A stretch of DNA of 64,000 nucleotides from assembly GCA_041483895.1 (NCBI GenBank), contig JBGPGO010000011.1:91390-155389 (forward strand). Direction: 5' to 3'. Source of the stretch: Fimbriimonadia bacterium (GTDB lineage: Bacteria > Armatimonadota > Fimbriimonadia > Fimbriimonadales > JABRVX01). Under the pieces are notes generated by a model. That model worked only from the letters and a program-made list of their open reading frames with translations, searched no databases and had not been told where the DNA came from. Shown one piece after another: positions 1-10,314 of the stretch. The first letter of the stretch is position 1. Each line of letters begins with the position of its first letter. The translations under genes and the position numbers were made by a program.

Positions 1-581
1 GCCTCTCCTGAAGCCGGCACCTGCACCGTCTGGGTGGCAGCTGTGAAGTCTGGGTGCCAGACCTTGATCGTGTAGTTGCCCGGGGGAACGTTGGAAATTT
101 TGAACAGACCTTTGTCATTGGTCACATCGAAAAATGGGTTGGGCAATATCACAATGTATGCCTTCATGTTTGCGTGGATGTGACACCGAATGGGCACGAC
201 GCCAATCTTGTCGAAGGTCACTTCAGACGAGTCGCCCTTCTTGGTTTGACTGACGTTGAAAGTTTTCGTACGCGAGCTTGAGAAAATGTTGTGAAAGAAC
301 GGATCTGAATTGTTAAAGTGAACTTTCGTACCCTTCATAATCGCCAAGACATGCGGGGCGAATTCCTTGTTCTTTTGATTCATATTGGCCCCCCGAGAGG
401 ACGGCGAGAAAGAGCCGGGGACTTCAGTCAGACTAACAACCGCAAATGGGACGCGTGTGGCGGTGCTTCCTTTGACGGATTCGACCATGCCGATAATATC
501 GCCGTTCGCATTGGCAATTGTAGTGGCCGCAAGCGCCAGTACAGCCGTAAGTGGAAAATAGAGCTTTTTCGGATGGAACAT
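1..581 (-). CDS. Secreted cupredoxin-like protein with C-terminal carboxypeptidase-regulatory-like domain (runs off the left edge)
   Basis: Not in the ORF track; translated by hand from ATG at 581 (GGAGG upstream): MFHPKKLYFPLTAVLALAATTIANA...NSDPFFHNIFS...IRCHIHANMKAYIVILPNPFFDVTNDKGLFKISNVPPGNYTIKVWHP. HN...CxxHxxM is a type-1 copper ligand pattern. Confidence 0.8.
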   Translation of the reverse strand, partial: MFHPKKLYFPLTAVLALAATTIANANGDIIGMVESVKGSTATRVPFAVVSLTEVPGSFSPSSRGANMNQKNKEFAPHVLAIMKGTKVHFNNSDPFFHNIFSSSRTKTFNVSQTKKGDSSEVTFDKIGVVPIRCHIHANMKAYIVILPNPFFDVTNDKGLFKISNVPPGNYTIKVWHPDFTAATQTVQVPASGE

Positions 582-1651
582 TACAATGATACCTCCTCAA
601 GTTGCACATATTGTTTGTGCGGTCGCGCCGAGGGCAAGCGTAAATTGTCTTACGACGTTGCCTTTGCCCGGCAGCTTCCCTCGATCCAGCTATCCGACCC
701 GCATTCTTGCACGCGGCTGCACGGTTTCTCAAGCGGCTTTGGACTAATTCATCGTTAGGCTTGCTCCGTCAGCTTCGCTTGTAATAAGAAATAATGACAG
801 AATTGGTTTGGCGGTGGGCACGATCAAGAATACCCATTGATGGAGAGGTTGTCAAGCCTACCGAGTAAGCACTGGCGAGCGTCCCCGTCGGCAGCAACCG
901 GCGGGCGCACGGAGATCCCTGCGAACTCGCGAGGCCGCTGGGGTTACCCGTAGACATGAGCTGCTTACCGTGAATCGGTATCATGCCGAAGTCTCGCTGC
1001 CGAAGCAGATTCCAGTATGGTGGGCCCGCTCGGGGTCTTCGACATGCGGTGAATTCCCCTAACGCAAGGACCGACACCATCGCCGAGATCCCCTGCTCCG
1101 GTCTCGGCGGGCTCTGGTACACCTTCCTCAAACTCGAAGCCACCACCCTCGCACTGATCGCCGAACTATGCTTCGGCCTCGCCGTAAGCCCCGGGTTTGA
1201 TCGTAACCCTGATGGTAGAGAACTGACCGGGGGGGACATTACGTGACGGACCCAATAGGAACGCTCTACACCTCATGGGTTGAGAACCTCGTTCGAGATC
1301 TTCAACTCACGCAAGCCGAAGCCGTTGATGTGGAGGCCAAGCGAGCGGAAAAGCAATTGCCCCGGGACATTCATCGGCCGCTGTCTGCATTTGGTAATCG
1401 AGAAGGCGGCGGCATTAGGGCCACAGTCGGATCAATAAGGTTGGTGGTCAAGTCGGGCGGCCTCTCAAGGAGCGGATGCATGCAGTCTGGATCGGCTTTA
1501 GGCCGAGGGCAGAGCAGTATCTTCGGCAGACTTTCGACGTCTCAATGGCAAGCTTCCCGCCTGGGTGTGAGTTTAATTCCGAGGGTGTAAGGTATGGCCG
1601 GGCTTCCAGTCTATTGCTTATACATAACACTTTCCCACAAGGAGGCAAGAA

Positions 1652-2863
1652 GTGACATACATAGCAAATTTAGCCCGACGGCAGACTTCGCGGCCGGCGC
1701 TGGCAGCCCTAATCGTACTCGCGGTCACCGCACAGGCGATGGCGGCAACCTATTCGGTCAACGTCGGTGCCATAAAGGCGAAGTGGGACGATGTGTCCGG
1801 AGCCAACTTCTCCGGCACCGGAATCACCTACTTATATGACGGCCAGGTGTTGATTGTCCTGCCGTCTGGATACGATTCGATCAAGTTCTCGGCGAACTGC
1901 TCTGCGGAGAACACGTCCTGGTGGTGGTCAAGAGACTTCAAGTTCCAAATCAGAGTTACCGAGGTCAAGGACGGGAACCCGCCGTACATCGATGCGACGA
2001 CAGCGGCTACCGGAGGCTTCAATATCGTCGGCCTCTGGGGTAAGAGCAGCGGCACCGTAACGTCTCCCACGGTTTATGTAGGGACCGGAAACTGGAAAAT
2101 ATTCCGTGTAGCAGTCTATGTGGAAATAGTGAACAAGAAGAACAGCGGATGGATCGGCAAGGGATTCCCTGTGTTCAAGTACCCATCCCGGATTTGTGGC
2201 CTAAGCGCATACCGGTCGTGCGAGTGGATCCACGAGGCATACCAGCGCCGATGGGCGTTTGAAGCTCTATACAATGGCCAACTGGATATTACTGGGGGTT
2301 CATGGATAAGCACGGATGAGCTTTGGTACGAATTCATCAATGCCTTGGGCGACGCCGCCAAAGATGATCCCGTCGAAGTAGGTTTCTGGGGCGTTCAAAC
2401 GCTCCACAATGTGTTCAATGCATTCATCGCGGAGCTCAATATGTATATCTTGACCCAAGGTTGGAGATCCTCGTGGTGGACGCAGCTCCTGATGGGCGCG
2501 ACCAACGACATGAGGCTCAACTGCGCGAGCGAACAAGGCTACCTCGAACGGCTGTTTTATTCGTTGGACGATAAGGCAACCAAGATAAGCCAAGTCAAAT
2601 CCATCGTGACAACCGAAAGCAGCCTTTTGGCCAAATTCGGGAACTTCTCATATAGCGGCACCACCGTGTACGGCAAAAGTGGTGAGTACATTTTTTCAAC
2701 GTACCTGACCACTCAAAACTACTACCTGATGTTCTTCGGCACGAAGATCACGGACCCGGCCCTTGGCACGCTGAGGAGCCTAATGCAGTACTACTCGAAT
2801 CTTATCGCGGCCGACCAGACCATCGTCAATGGACGGACCAGTGACGCGGGCCTGTTGTATTGA
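1652..2863 (+). CDS. Secreted hypothetical protein (403 aa)
   Basis: Long ORF, AGGAGG before the GTG start, signal peptide ending AQAMA; no family recognised. Confidence 0.75.
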   Translation: MTYIANLARRQTSRPALAALIVLAVTAQAMAATYSVNVGAIKAKWDDVSGANFSGTGITYLYDGQVLIVLPSGYDSIKFSANCSAENTSWWWSRDFKFQIRVTEVKDGNPPYIDATTAATGGFNIVGLWGKSSGTVTSPTVYVGTGNWKIFRVAVYVEIVNKKNSGWIGKGFPVFKYPSRICGLSAYRSCEWIHEAYQRRWAFEALYNGQLDITGGSWISTDELWYEFINALGDAAKDDPVEVGFWGVQTLHNVFNAFIAELNMYILTQGWRSSWWTQLLMGATNDMRLNCASEQGYLERLFYSLDDKATKISQVKSIVTTESSLLAKFGNFSYSGTTVYGKSGEYIFSTYLTTQNYYLMFFGTKITDPALGTLRSLMQYYSNLIAADQTIVNGRTSDAGLLY

Positions 2864-3181
2864 TCGCCGCTTGGACCGAAGATTCCCCGTGACGGTCTGC
2901 GCCACGGGGAATTTTCATTTCGAGTGCGCCGGGTGGTCCTCTATAGGAGATCCAATGCTTACCGGCTCCCCATCCCTTGGCAGCAGAAGACCACAATGCC
3001 GCCGTGTTGTGCTTGGCCGGTGGCCTGGTCAAGGACTTTGCCGAACGCCGCTTGCTTAAGGAATGAGCCGCATGGCTCCTGATTCCGATCCACTCTAACA
3101 GAACGAATCTCCCGCTTGTTCTGAACCTCTTGGGGGATTCCTGGGAGCGGACGGTTGGACTTCATCCTCTCCGGACGGCAC

Positions 3182-3592
3182 TCACCGTTGTACGATGATC
3201 GCAACGTTTCCGGTCGCAGGGGTTGTAAACTCCGCTTTCACGCCCACGCCGAAAGGCTCGAAGTCTGCCTGCCCAATAACGGAACCGTCCTCGGAGATCA
3301 GCATTGCCCGTTGAGGCGCCGCGTCTGCCGGTGCGAAGAGGGTTAGAAGCGTTTGATCCCCAGCCGGCGCGGCGTACAGCTCGAGGGATAAATCCGGCCC
3401 GTCGACTTTGGCGCCTACGTCGGGACCTTCCGCGCCTTCCGCCGACATGGCCACAGCCCGGACCGGCGTGAGGCGGGCTTCCGCGCCTTTCTCCATACAG
3501 TCACGCAAGAGCGCAACGAGCCCACCGGTCGCCAACCTGCCCGTTTCGAGGGCAATCGCGACAGCGGCGACGTGAATGAGACCAGGATTCAT
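3182..3592 (-). CDS. Hypothetical protein
   Basis: ORF 3182..3691; more likely start MNPGL at ~3592 after a purine-rich RBS. Confidence 0.5.
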   Translation of the reverse strand: MNPGLIHVAAVAIALETGRLATGGLVALLRDCMEKGAEARLTPVRAVAMSAEGAEGPDVGAKVDGPDLSLELYAAPAGDQTLLTLFAPADAAPQRAMLISEDGSVIGQADFEPFGVGVKAEFTTPATGNVAIIVQR

Positions 3593-3649
3593 TTCGACTT
3601 GCCTCTCTCTCCGTGCGAACACGATTTGAAGTTGACCGACTCGTCCTCG

Positions 3650-3677
3650 GCTTTCATAAAGATCCTTTACCGATAGC
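3650..3677 (+). other. Possible degenerate copy of the 28-bp dif-like site
   Basis: GCTTTCATAAA-GATCCT-TTACCGATAGC; 21/28 identical to the 31893 copy, same orientation, between genes. Confidence 0.4.
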
Positions 3678-3723
3678 AAAGGACCGGCCAATAACCGCTA
3701 ATCTACGCACCCGATTCGCCGGC

Positions 3724-4266
3724 TCAGCGTATCTCCACAACGACCGATTGGGTATTCACCGTCCCTCGCCACTCTGCGTTCGATTGCGCTTTGCCGAGGG
3801 TGCTGTCATAGTGAACGCTTACGGAATACTTGCCCGCACGAAGACCGTCGAAATACCAGATGCCGCCAAAGCCATCGTCTCCCTGCAAACGCAATGCGCC
3901 GTTGGCCTCCAGAAGCGATGCAGAGAGGTGAACGACGTACGAGGCGTCTTTGGCCAGGAGCGGTGTTGTTGTCTTCCCGGGCCGAGTTCCGTTGCGGCCG
4001 CCGTCAATCCGTAGGTCTTTTCCGTCGGTGTCCTTGAGAACCATCCGTACCGTGTCGAAGAGCGAAAACGCCTGCGGCTTCGCATCCCGGTTGGTTATCG
4101 TGAGCCGCAGGTCTATCTTTGTCCGACCCCGGTTCTTTGGAGCGTGCCAAACACTATCGGCGGACACAACGAATTCGGCGCCTTGCGCGAGGATAGGCTT
4201 AGACGCCACAGCGCCCTTCATGGAATGCGGTGGCGGCGCGGACACCTGATAGCACCCGGCCGCCAC
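3724..4266 (-). CDS. Putative lipoprotein with Ig-like fold
   Basis: The frame reads FIWISLVCVAAG-C (lipobox-like) just upstream; beta-rich body; true start uncertain. Confidence 0.6.
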   Translation of the reverse strand: MAAGCYQVSAPPPHSMKGAVASKPILAQGAEFVVSADSVWHAPKNRGRTKIDLRLTITNRDAKPQAFSLFDTVRMVLKDTDGKDLRIDGGRNGTRPGKTTTPLLAKDASYVVHLSASLLEANGALRLQGDDGFGGIWYFDGLRAGKYSVSVHYDSTLGKAQSNAEWRGTVNTQSVVVEIR

Positions 4267-4301
4267 GCAAACAAGGCTGATCCAGATGAACCCGCAGCGT
4301 G

Positions 4302-5054
4302 CTACTTTCTCCTCCTGCGCAAACCCAATACGCCGATTGCGCCGACGGCTAGAGCGGCAAGTGAGCTAGGTTCGGGCACCGGAGTGCAATGATTCTCCCA
4401 GCCCCAGAAAACTCCACCGTAGATTCTCGCCTGCTTGTTCCCGGTCTCGACCACTAAGTGCAGCTCAGCGTTCCAATAATGGTCCTTGCATCCGTCAGGC
4501 CGCTGCGAAAAGTCGTAGAAGCCGGTGCCGTTCGCAGCGAACCCGTCGTCATAGTACGGAGTCGTGGCTGTAGAGGCAACGTCTACGATATTCTCGACGA
4601 CGCCGTGACCACCGTTAATCGCGTGATTGTCGGTGACGACCTGGATCCAGTGAACTTTGGCCGTCGGATCGGCTCCATGCGCTGCGTACTCGAGGTCAAT
4701 CTCCGCTCCGACAAGTCCGGGCGATCCCACTACGTGGTACGTGTGCACAACCAAGCTATCGTCGGACAGTTCCGCGGCGGCGGATGTAAACTGCCATCCC
4801 GCGTAAGCGCCGGTCAGAACGTCGAAGAAATTGTTTGTGACGGCGCGCTGGTACGTGACTTTGCTCGGAACAAGGTTCGCCTCACAGTTCATGTCGGGGT
4901 TGGTACACTTGTACTTTTCTTGCGGTTTATAGTCGCCGTTGGTCGTGTACCCGAACACGGTGCGGACCTTATAGTCTTCCTTTACGATGCCCGCGTACGA
5001 AACCGAGCCGATCGTGGCCAATAGCCACATCGAAGTAATTGCAATCTTTCGCAT
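4302..5054 (-). CDS. PEP-CTERM sorting-domain protein
   Basis: Signal peptide and C-terminal VPEPSSLAALAVGAIGVLGLRRRRK. Confidence 0.92.
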   Translation of the reverse strand: MRKIAITSMWLLATIGSVSYAGIVKEDYKVRTVFGYTTNGDYKPQEKYKCTNPDMNCEANLVPSKVTYQRAVTNNFFDVLTGAYAGWQFTSAAAELSDDSLVVHTYHVVGSPGLVGAEIDLEYAAHGADPTAKVHWIQVVTDNHAINGGHGVVENIVDVASTATTPYYDDGFAANGTGFYDFSQRPDGCKDHYWNAELHLVVETGNKQARIYGGVFWGWENHCTPVPEPSSLAALAVGAIGVLGLRRRRK

Positions 5055-5181
5055 GTCTAATCCCCCTTCTCCTACAAGTTGGCCAGCCAGTGCAAACGCA
5101 AAGGAACCAATTCATCGCCGAAGGTGGGGAGAAATACAACAAGCGCAGTCAACAAGAACCGGTGCGGTCTAAGGTCGCAAC

Positions 5182-5210
5182 ATAGTAACATTCTTTGGAT
5201 CGTTTGTCAA
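5182..5210 (-). promoter_or_regulatory. Sigma70-type promoter for the PEP-CTERM gene
   Basis: Minus strand TTGACA-17 nt-TACTAT, about 130 bp upstream of the ATG. Confidence 0.65.
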
Positions 5211-5490
5211 GATTTGGCTGGGCATTAAGCGCCCGCGGAAGTTCCTACCGGCGACGAACGGCAACAATATCCCCGAGTTCTATGGACTTCTAACCCCGCC
5301 CCGGCAACCCGTCAGCCAAGTAGCCGAACGCCCCTCTGTCGTACGGGTCTGAGCCACCGAATCGACCTGGAGCGTCTGATACTCAGGTTCCCAAGACTAG
5401 AATCATGATGCCCGTTGGACTGGACTTCTGCGTCCACCCCTGGTACATGTCGTGTTCGTTCGGGGAGCGGAGACGTGCAGTCCTGCGCGA

Positions 5491-5935
5491 GGCGACTTCG
5501 ACCCGGAGGCGAAGACGCCGGCGGTTCGCGGGAAGGGGCAGGCGCTGATGACGCTCAGCGATAAGGCCATCGAGGTGATCGGCGACTACCTGGCCTGCCG
5601 AGATGACGACCGACCGGAACTGTTCCTCTCCTGCGCTGGCCGGCTTTCAGGCATCTCCGGCGTCGGGCTGGCGTTCATGGCAAGGCACTACGCAAGGAAG
5701 GCCGGTATTCAGAACTTCAGCCTCCACAAGTGGCGGCACACGAGCATCACCGCCTACCTGCACGCCACAAACGGCGACGTGCGGGCGCACAGAAGCCCGC
5801 CGCCATTCTAAGCTGGAGACGCTGATGATCTACTGATCCCTGGATGCGACCGGTCTCCTGACCGAGTCGCAATATGGTGACACATGGGAGGACTTACAGG
5901 GACGGGCGACGAAGCTATTGTCGGAACTGGCCTAG
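5491..5935 (+). pseudogene. Xer-like tyrosine recombinase remnant (paralog of 32601..33254)
   Basis: DFDPEAKT..VRGKG..HKWRHTSITAYLHATNGDVR is nearly identical to the 32.6-kb copy; 5' truncated, frameshift near 5790, 40-bp insertion at the catalytic Tyr codon; resumes EDLQGRATKLLSELA*. Confidence 0.85.
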
Positions 5936-6140
5936 AGCCAGGTATTAAGAGATCAACCTCTGAGTAGATTCATCCCGGCTTGCAGGCTTCTCCCGACGGA
6001 GATGACATGGGCGAACAATCATCGTTTCCTTTACAATCCGCAATCGCGAACGAGGGCTCACGTATGTATTTCGTTCCGCGAGCTAAACTACGCACGTCCT
6101 TCGCCCCTCCGTGGCATAGAAACACCCCCGAAGTGGTCGG

Positions 6141-8741
6141 ATGCTAGCCGCTCTTATTATACTGTCGCTGCCGGCGTTCGACTTCATCAAGAGTGTCGAG
6201 GGCTGGCAGCCGTACCACGACGTGTCCCGGCTCTCGGGGACGCCCGAGGGAATGCTTATCGAGATCAGCGGCATGGACCCGTACGTGGGAGGCCCGCCGA
6301 GCGACTTCCCGGCTGGGCAAGCGCTGTGGGCAAAGCTGAGGCTCAAGTCCGATCAGGGCGGCGACGGACAGCTTTTCTGGTTTACCGACGCCAAGCCACC
6401 GAGCGAAGAGACGTCCGTGCACTTTAGCGTGCCGAAGCCCGGCGAATGGTGCGACGTGCGGATGAAGTTGCCGGCGCTGGGGCCAGGTACGCGCATCCGG
6501 CTCGACCTTCCAGGAACCGGCGGCAAGTGCGTCTTTGCATCGCTTGTATTTGAGCCGCGCAACATGCCGATAGCGCCGAAGTGGCTGCCACTTCTTTCGC
6601 CGCAGTACACGGACCCGCAGCAAGCTGCGTCGGGAAGTCTCGCCCTCGTACACGACGGCGAGACCTTCGGCGGTTTTCACCTGCTGGTGGACGGCGAACT
6701 CATGGCGATCGGAAACGATCGGCCGATGATCGGATACCTCCACGGCGAGGAGACGCGGTGGTTGGACGTGGCCAAAGTCGCCAAACCGTCAACTTGGCTG
6801 GAAACAAATGGCGTTGTGGCCGACGCGAAGTTCACGGATTCGGATGGCGCGAATTGGCACATCACGCAGGTTTTCATCGAGGGTAAACCCGGCAGCTTCG
6901 ATGTGGTCACAAGCGTCACGGTGGATCGAGATAGGGAGGTGGTCTTCCTTCCGATGCTGACACTGCTGCCGGGAGTTAACAGTTATGGAGCGAAGAAAGG
7001 CCACGCGTTGTTCGCCGGCCTCGAATATCTGGATGATGAGCCGAGCAGCTCCGAAGCGGACATCACCGGACCGGGCGCCAAGCGCCAGGTTCCGGATGCG
7101 GAGAAGATCACGATCCCGCTGATGGCGGTTCAGGCCAATGGCCACTATATCGGCGTCATCTGGGACCAGAAGCCGGAGTTTGCGGCCGTTTTCGATTCGC
7201 CGGACCGGCTGTTCGGATACGGTGGGCACGTCATGTCCCTCGTGTTCCCGGCGGGGGTCGAACGCGAGCCCGGGTCACTCGTTCCGTACGACACCGCGCT
7301 TCTCGCAGCAAACAAGCCGCTCGTCTTGAAAGCGACGATCATCGGCGGCAAGGGATCCAGCGTCGTTCCGGCGGTACGTCAGTACATTGCGCTGCGCGGC
7401 CTGCCCGTCGTGCCCAAGACCGGTTTGGACATGCAGGCCTACGTTCGGTTCGCGGCGGGTGGATGGCTAGATTCGCGTTTGCGCGAAGGCGACAAATATC
7501 GGCATGCCTACTGGCCCGGCGCCACGAGCTTCGGCCCGGGGGCAGTGGCAGGAGTCGGCGTATGGGAGGAGTGGCTGGCGCGGCAGACGACCGATCCAGC
7601 ATTGTCGAAACGTCTCGACGAATCGGCAAGAGGCGCTGTCGCGCAAGTTCAGCCTGCCGACACCAACGCCTCGGACGTCTCGCATGTGCGCTATCCCGTC
7701 GCTTCTCTTCTTTATGGGCATGTCGAGGAGAACGCCGAGCGCGCGCTCGCCGCCGGTCGTGAGCTTGTAAAGCGCTTTGGACCGAACGGCTCGCTTCTCT
7801 ACAAGCCCACCGGACCCGACTACGGCAAGACGCATTTCGCCAAGGACGCCAACGGACATACAGCCAGCGTCGTCCGCGCACTGCTCGAAGACGCCATCTT
7901 CTGCGGCGACGAGGCGCTGATTCGCGACGGCCTGCGACTGCTGCGTGCGATGGACAAGTTCGCAGACTCGGCCCCCCGCGGCGCGCAGACCTGGGAGGTG
8001 CCGCTTCACACCCCTGACATCCTGGCGTCCGCCGAGCTTGTGCGCGCGTACACCATCGGCTATGAGCTGACCGGAGAATGGCAGATGCTCGATAGGGCGA
8101 AGTACTGGGCGTGGACCGGCGTGCCGTTCGTGTACCTGGTCAACCCGACTCCGGGCCCCGTCGGGCTTTACGCCACAATCCCCGTCTTCGGCGCGACCAA
8201 CTGGACCTGGTCCTGGTTCGGCCTGCCCGTGCAGTGGTGCGGGCTGGTCTACTCGGACGCACTCTATCGGCTGGTCCGCCACGACCCTAGCGGCCCGTGG
8301 AAGCGGCTTGCCGACGGCATCACGGCTTCCGGCATTCAACAGAGTTTCCACGCGACCGACCACGACCTGCAGGGACTCCTACCCGATTCGTTCAACCTCC
8401 GCCCGCAGACGCGAAACGGCGTGGCCATCAACCCCGGGACCGTGGAGGCGAACGCCATTCGCCTGTTCGGCGGGCCGGAGCTATACGACTTCCGATCGCT
8501 GCGCAAAGCCGGGCTGCTCGTTCACGCCCCCGGGGAGATCGCGGGGATTCGCGACACCAAAGGCGCGGCGTCGTTTACGGTGAAGGGCTGGTCCAACCAC
8601 CCATACTATATCCTCATCTCCGGCCTGAAAAGGCAACCGACCGTGCGCTTGAACGGGCAGGCGGCCACTGACGCCGAGTTTGCGAACGGACGCCTAGTTG
8701 TGAAGGTCGAAGGCACCGCGAAGATCGCCATTGTCCTTTAG
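6141..8741 (+). CDS. Large secreted protein, possibly an (alpha/alpha)6-barrel carbohydrate-active enzyme
   Basis: 866-aa ORF with hydrophobic N-terminus and Trp-rich helical C-terminal half (AYELTG..ML.RAKYWA); function is a guess. Confidence 0.65.
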   Translation: MLAALIILSLPAFDFIKSVEGWQPYHDVSRLSGTPEGMLIEISGMDPYVGGPPSDFPAGQALWAKLRLKSDQGGDGQLFWFTDAKPPSEETSVHFSVPKPGEWCDVRMKLPALGPGTRIRLDLPGTGGKCVFASLVFEPRNMPIAPKWLPLLSPQYTDPQQAASGSLALVHDGETFGGFHLLVDGELMAIGNDRPMIGYLHGEETRWLDVAKVAKPSTWLETNGVVADAKFTDSDGANWHITQVFIEGKPGSFDVVTSVTVDRDREVVFLPMLTLLPGVNSYGAKKGHALFAGLEYLDDEPSSSEADITGPGAKRQVPDAEKITIPLMAVQANGHYIGVIWDQKPEFAAVFDSPDRLFGYGGHVMSLVFPAGVEREPGSLVPYDTALLAANKPLVLKATIIGGKGSSVVPAVRQYIALRGLPVVPKTGLDMQAYVRFAAGGWLDSRLREGDKYRHAYWPGATSFGPGAVAGVGVWEEWLARQTTDPALSKRLDESARGAVAQVQPADTNASDVSHVRYPVASLLYGHVEENAERALAAGRELVKRFGPNGSLLYKPTGPDYGKTHFAKDANGHTASVVRALLEDAIFCGDEALIRDGLRLLRAMDKFADSAPRGAQTWEVPLHTPDILASAELVRAYTIGYELTGEWQMLDRAKYWAWTGVPFVYLVNPTPGPVGLYATIPVFGATNWTWSWFGLPVQWCGLVYSDALYRLVRHDPSGPWKRLADGITASGIQQSFHATDHDLQGLLPDSFNLRPQTRNGVAINPGTVEANAIRLFGGPELYDFRSLRKAGLLVHAPGEIAGIRDTKGAASFTVKGWSNHPYYILISGLKRQPTVRLNGQAATDAEFANGRLVVKVEGTAKIAIVL

Positions 8742-8884
8742 CATCGTTCCGTTACCGCTCATGTCCACGTTCGCGATCCTCTTGCCCTCGTACCCCAGGG
8801 TGACGGGTTGCTTGCAGACCGTTCGGGGCGATCTCGCTGGAGAGCTTTTCCCCTCAGCAACGATGGGATGGCATAGTTAATTCA

Positions 8885-8912
8885 CCTATCGAAAATCGCC
8901 ATTATCGGTACC
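8885..8912 (+). other. 28-bp dif-like recombination site, copy 1
   Basis: CCTATCGAAAA-TCGCCA-TTATCGGTACC, intergenic. Confidence 0.75.
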
Positions 8913-9027
8913 AACACAACATGTACCAAGGGTCTGCTAGCAAATCCAGTCGTAGGAGAAAACGTCGGCGCCCGCGCCTGGAATTGCTACGGCATACAGT
9001 TTCAGAAGGCTATGGTTCGGTGGCAGT

Positions 9028-10182
9028 TCACTTGCTCAAAGGGACCAGAATCGTAACAACGAAAAGTATGCCAGCCGCTAGAAGATAGGGCGACATGGGC
9101 AGCCAATCGAACAACAGTCCGCCCAGAATTGGCCCGATCAAGAATCCCAATGAGCGGCTTGACTGAAGCATGCCGAACAATTCCCCCTGGCGATCAGGGG
9201 GTGTCAGATTGCTCGCAAGCCCGCTAATGATAGGATTGGCTCCACCCACTCCAACGCCATGTATCGAAGCAGCGAGCACAAGCATTTTCATGCCAGGCAT
9301 AAAGGGCATCATCGCTATTCCGCTGCCTTGGAGGAAATACGATGCGCGTAACGCGACGTGCTCGGAGCAATGACGCAAAACGAACGGCAAGAAGAATCCT
9401 TGAATGAGCATTGCAACCGTCGCCTCTACCCCCAAGATGAAGCCGAATTCCAGTTGACCGTAACCAAATCTAAGATGAATCAATCGCCCAAACGTCCCTT
9501 CCAAACATGCTAGGGCGAACCAGCCAATGAGGGCGACGAGGAACAGTCGCATCAGTTCAGGATGACTTCTCAGGAACGAAACGCGATTCGGGGTTGAAGG
9601 AGGGCGGCTGTCCCCGATCGGAGCGACGGAAGGCAGTGCAACACCAAGCCAAAGCGCACCGATGAACGAAGCCGATGCGGCTACCAGACCGATCGCCATG
9701 TTGCCGCCGACTTGGGCAAGCCAACCGCCGATTACCGGTCCCAAAATCAGTCCGGCGGTTACCGATGCGCCGATCCTGCCCAACCCAACCGTGCGCTCGC
9801 CACTCGCCGTCGCATCGGCAACATATGCTTGCGCCAGGACGACGTTCGCTCCGCCCAATCCAGCAAGAACCCTGGCAGCCAACAGCCAACTCATGTCGGT
9901 GGCAAATGCATACACGATCATTGATACCGCTGAGATGAGCGTACATACGACGAGAATTGGCTTTCGACCCACGCGGTCGCTCACACGACCCCAGCGCGGC
10001 GATGCGCCAACTTGGACAAGAAAGTAACTGGACAATGCAGTTCCGATAAGCCACCCCGGTGCTCCGAAGCTCTCCGCTCGCAGTTGGAAGTCCGGGAACA
10101 CCATCCCAAATCCGATGAGGTCGAGAAAGACGGCAAGGAGCAGAGTAAACTCTGTACGGTTCGAATGATGTTGCTTGTTCAC
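9028..10182 (-). CDS. MFS transporter (TetA/DHA1-like)
   Basis: LAVFLDLIGFGMVFP, motif A GRVSDRVGRKP, motif C GLILGPVIGG; many hydrophobic helices. Confidence 0.9.
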   Translation of the reverse strand: MNKQHHSNRTEFTLLLAVFLDLIGFGMVFPDFQLRAESFGAPGWLIGTALSSYFLVQVGASPRWGRVSDRVGRKPILVVCTLISAVSMIVYAFATDMSWLLAARVLAGLGGANVVLAQAYVADATASGERTVGLGRIGASVTAGLILGPVIGGWLAQVGGNMAIGLVAASASFIGALWLGVALPSVAPIGDSRPPSTPNRVSFLRSHPELMRLFLVALIGWFALACLEGTFGRLIHLRFGYGQLEFGFILGVEATVAMLIQGFFLPFVLRHCSEHVALRASYFLQGSGIAMMPFMPGMKMLVLAASIHGVGVGGANPIISGLASNLTPPDRQGELFGMLQSSRSLGFLIGPILGGLLFDWLPMSPYLLAAGILFVVTILVPLSK

Positions 10183-10314
10183 CTACTGAAGCCTTTGGAA
10201 GCGTCGGGCATGCCGTGGCCCAGCGCAGTCGAATTCACGGAGCGAACCACGCTCTTGAATTGCCGATCAGAATGCGTTCGCCAGGATCGGTAACAAATGG
10301 GCACACCATATGCG

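Noticed and set aside
760..1600. Short ORFs 769..1239, 983..1246 and 1243..1590
   Set aside because: No recognisable motifs or convincing starts; probably non-coding or decayed DNA.
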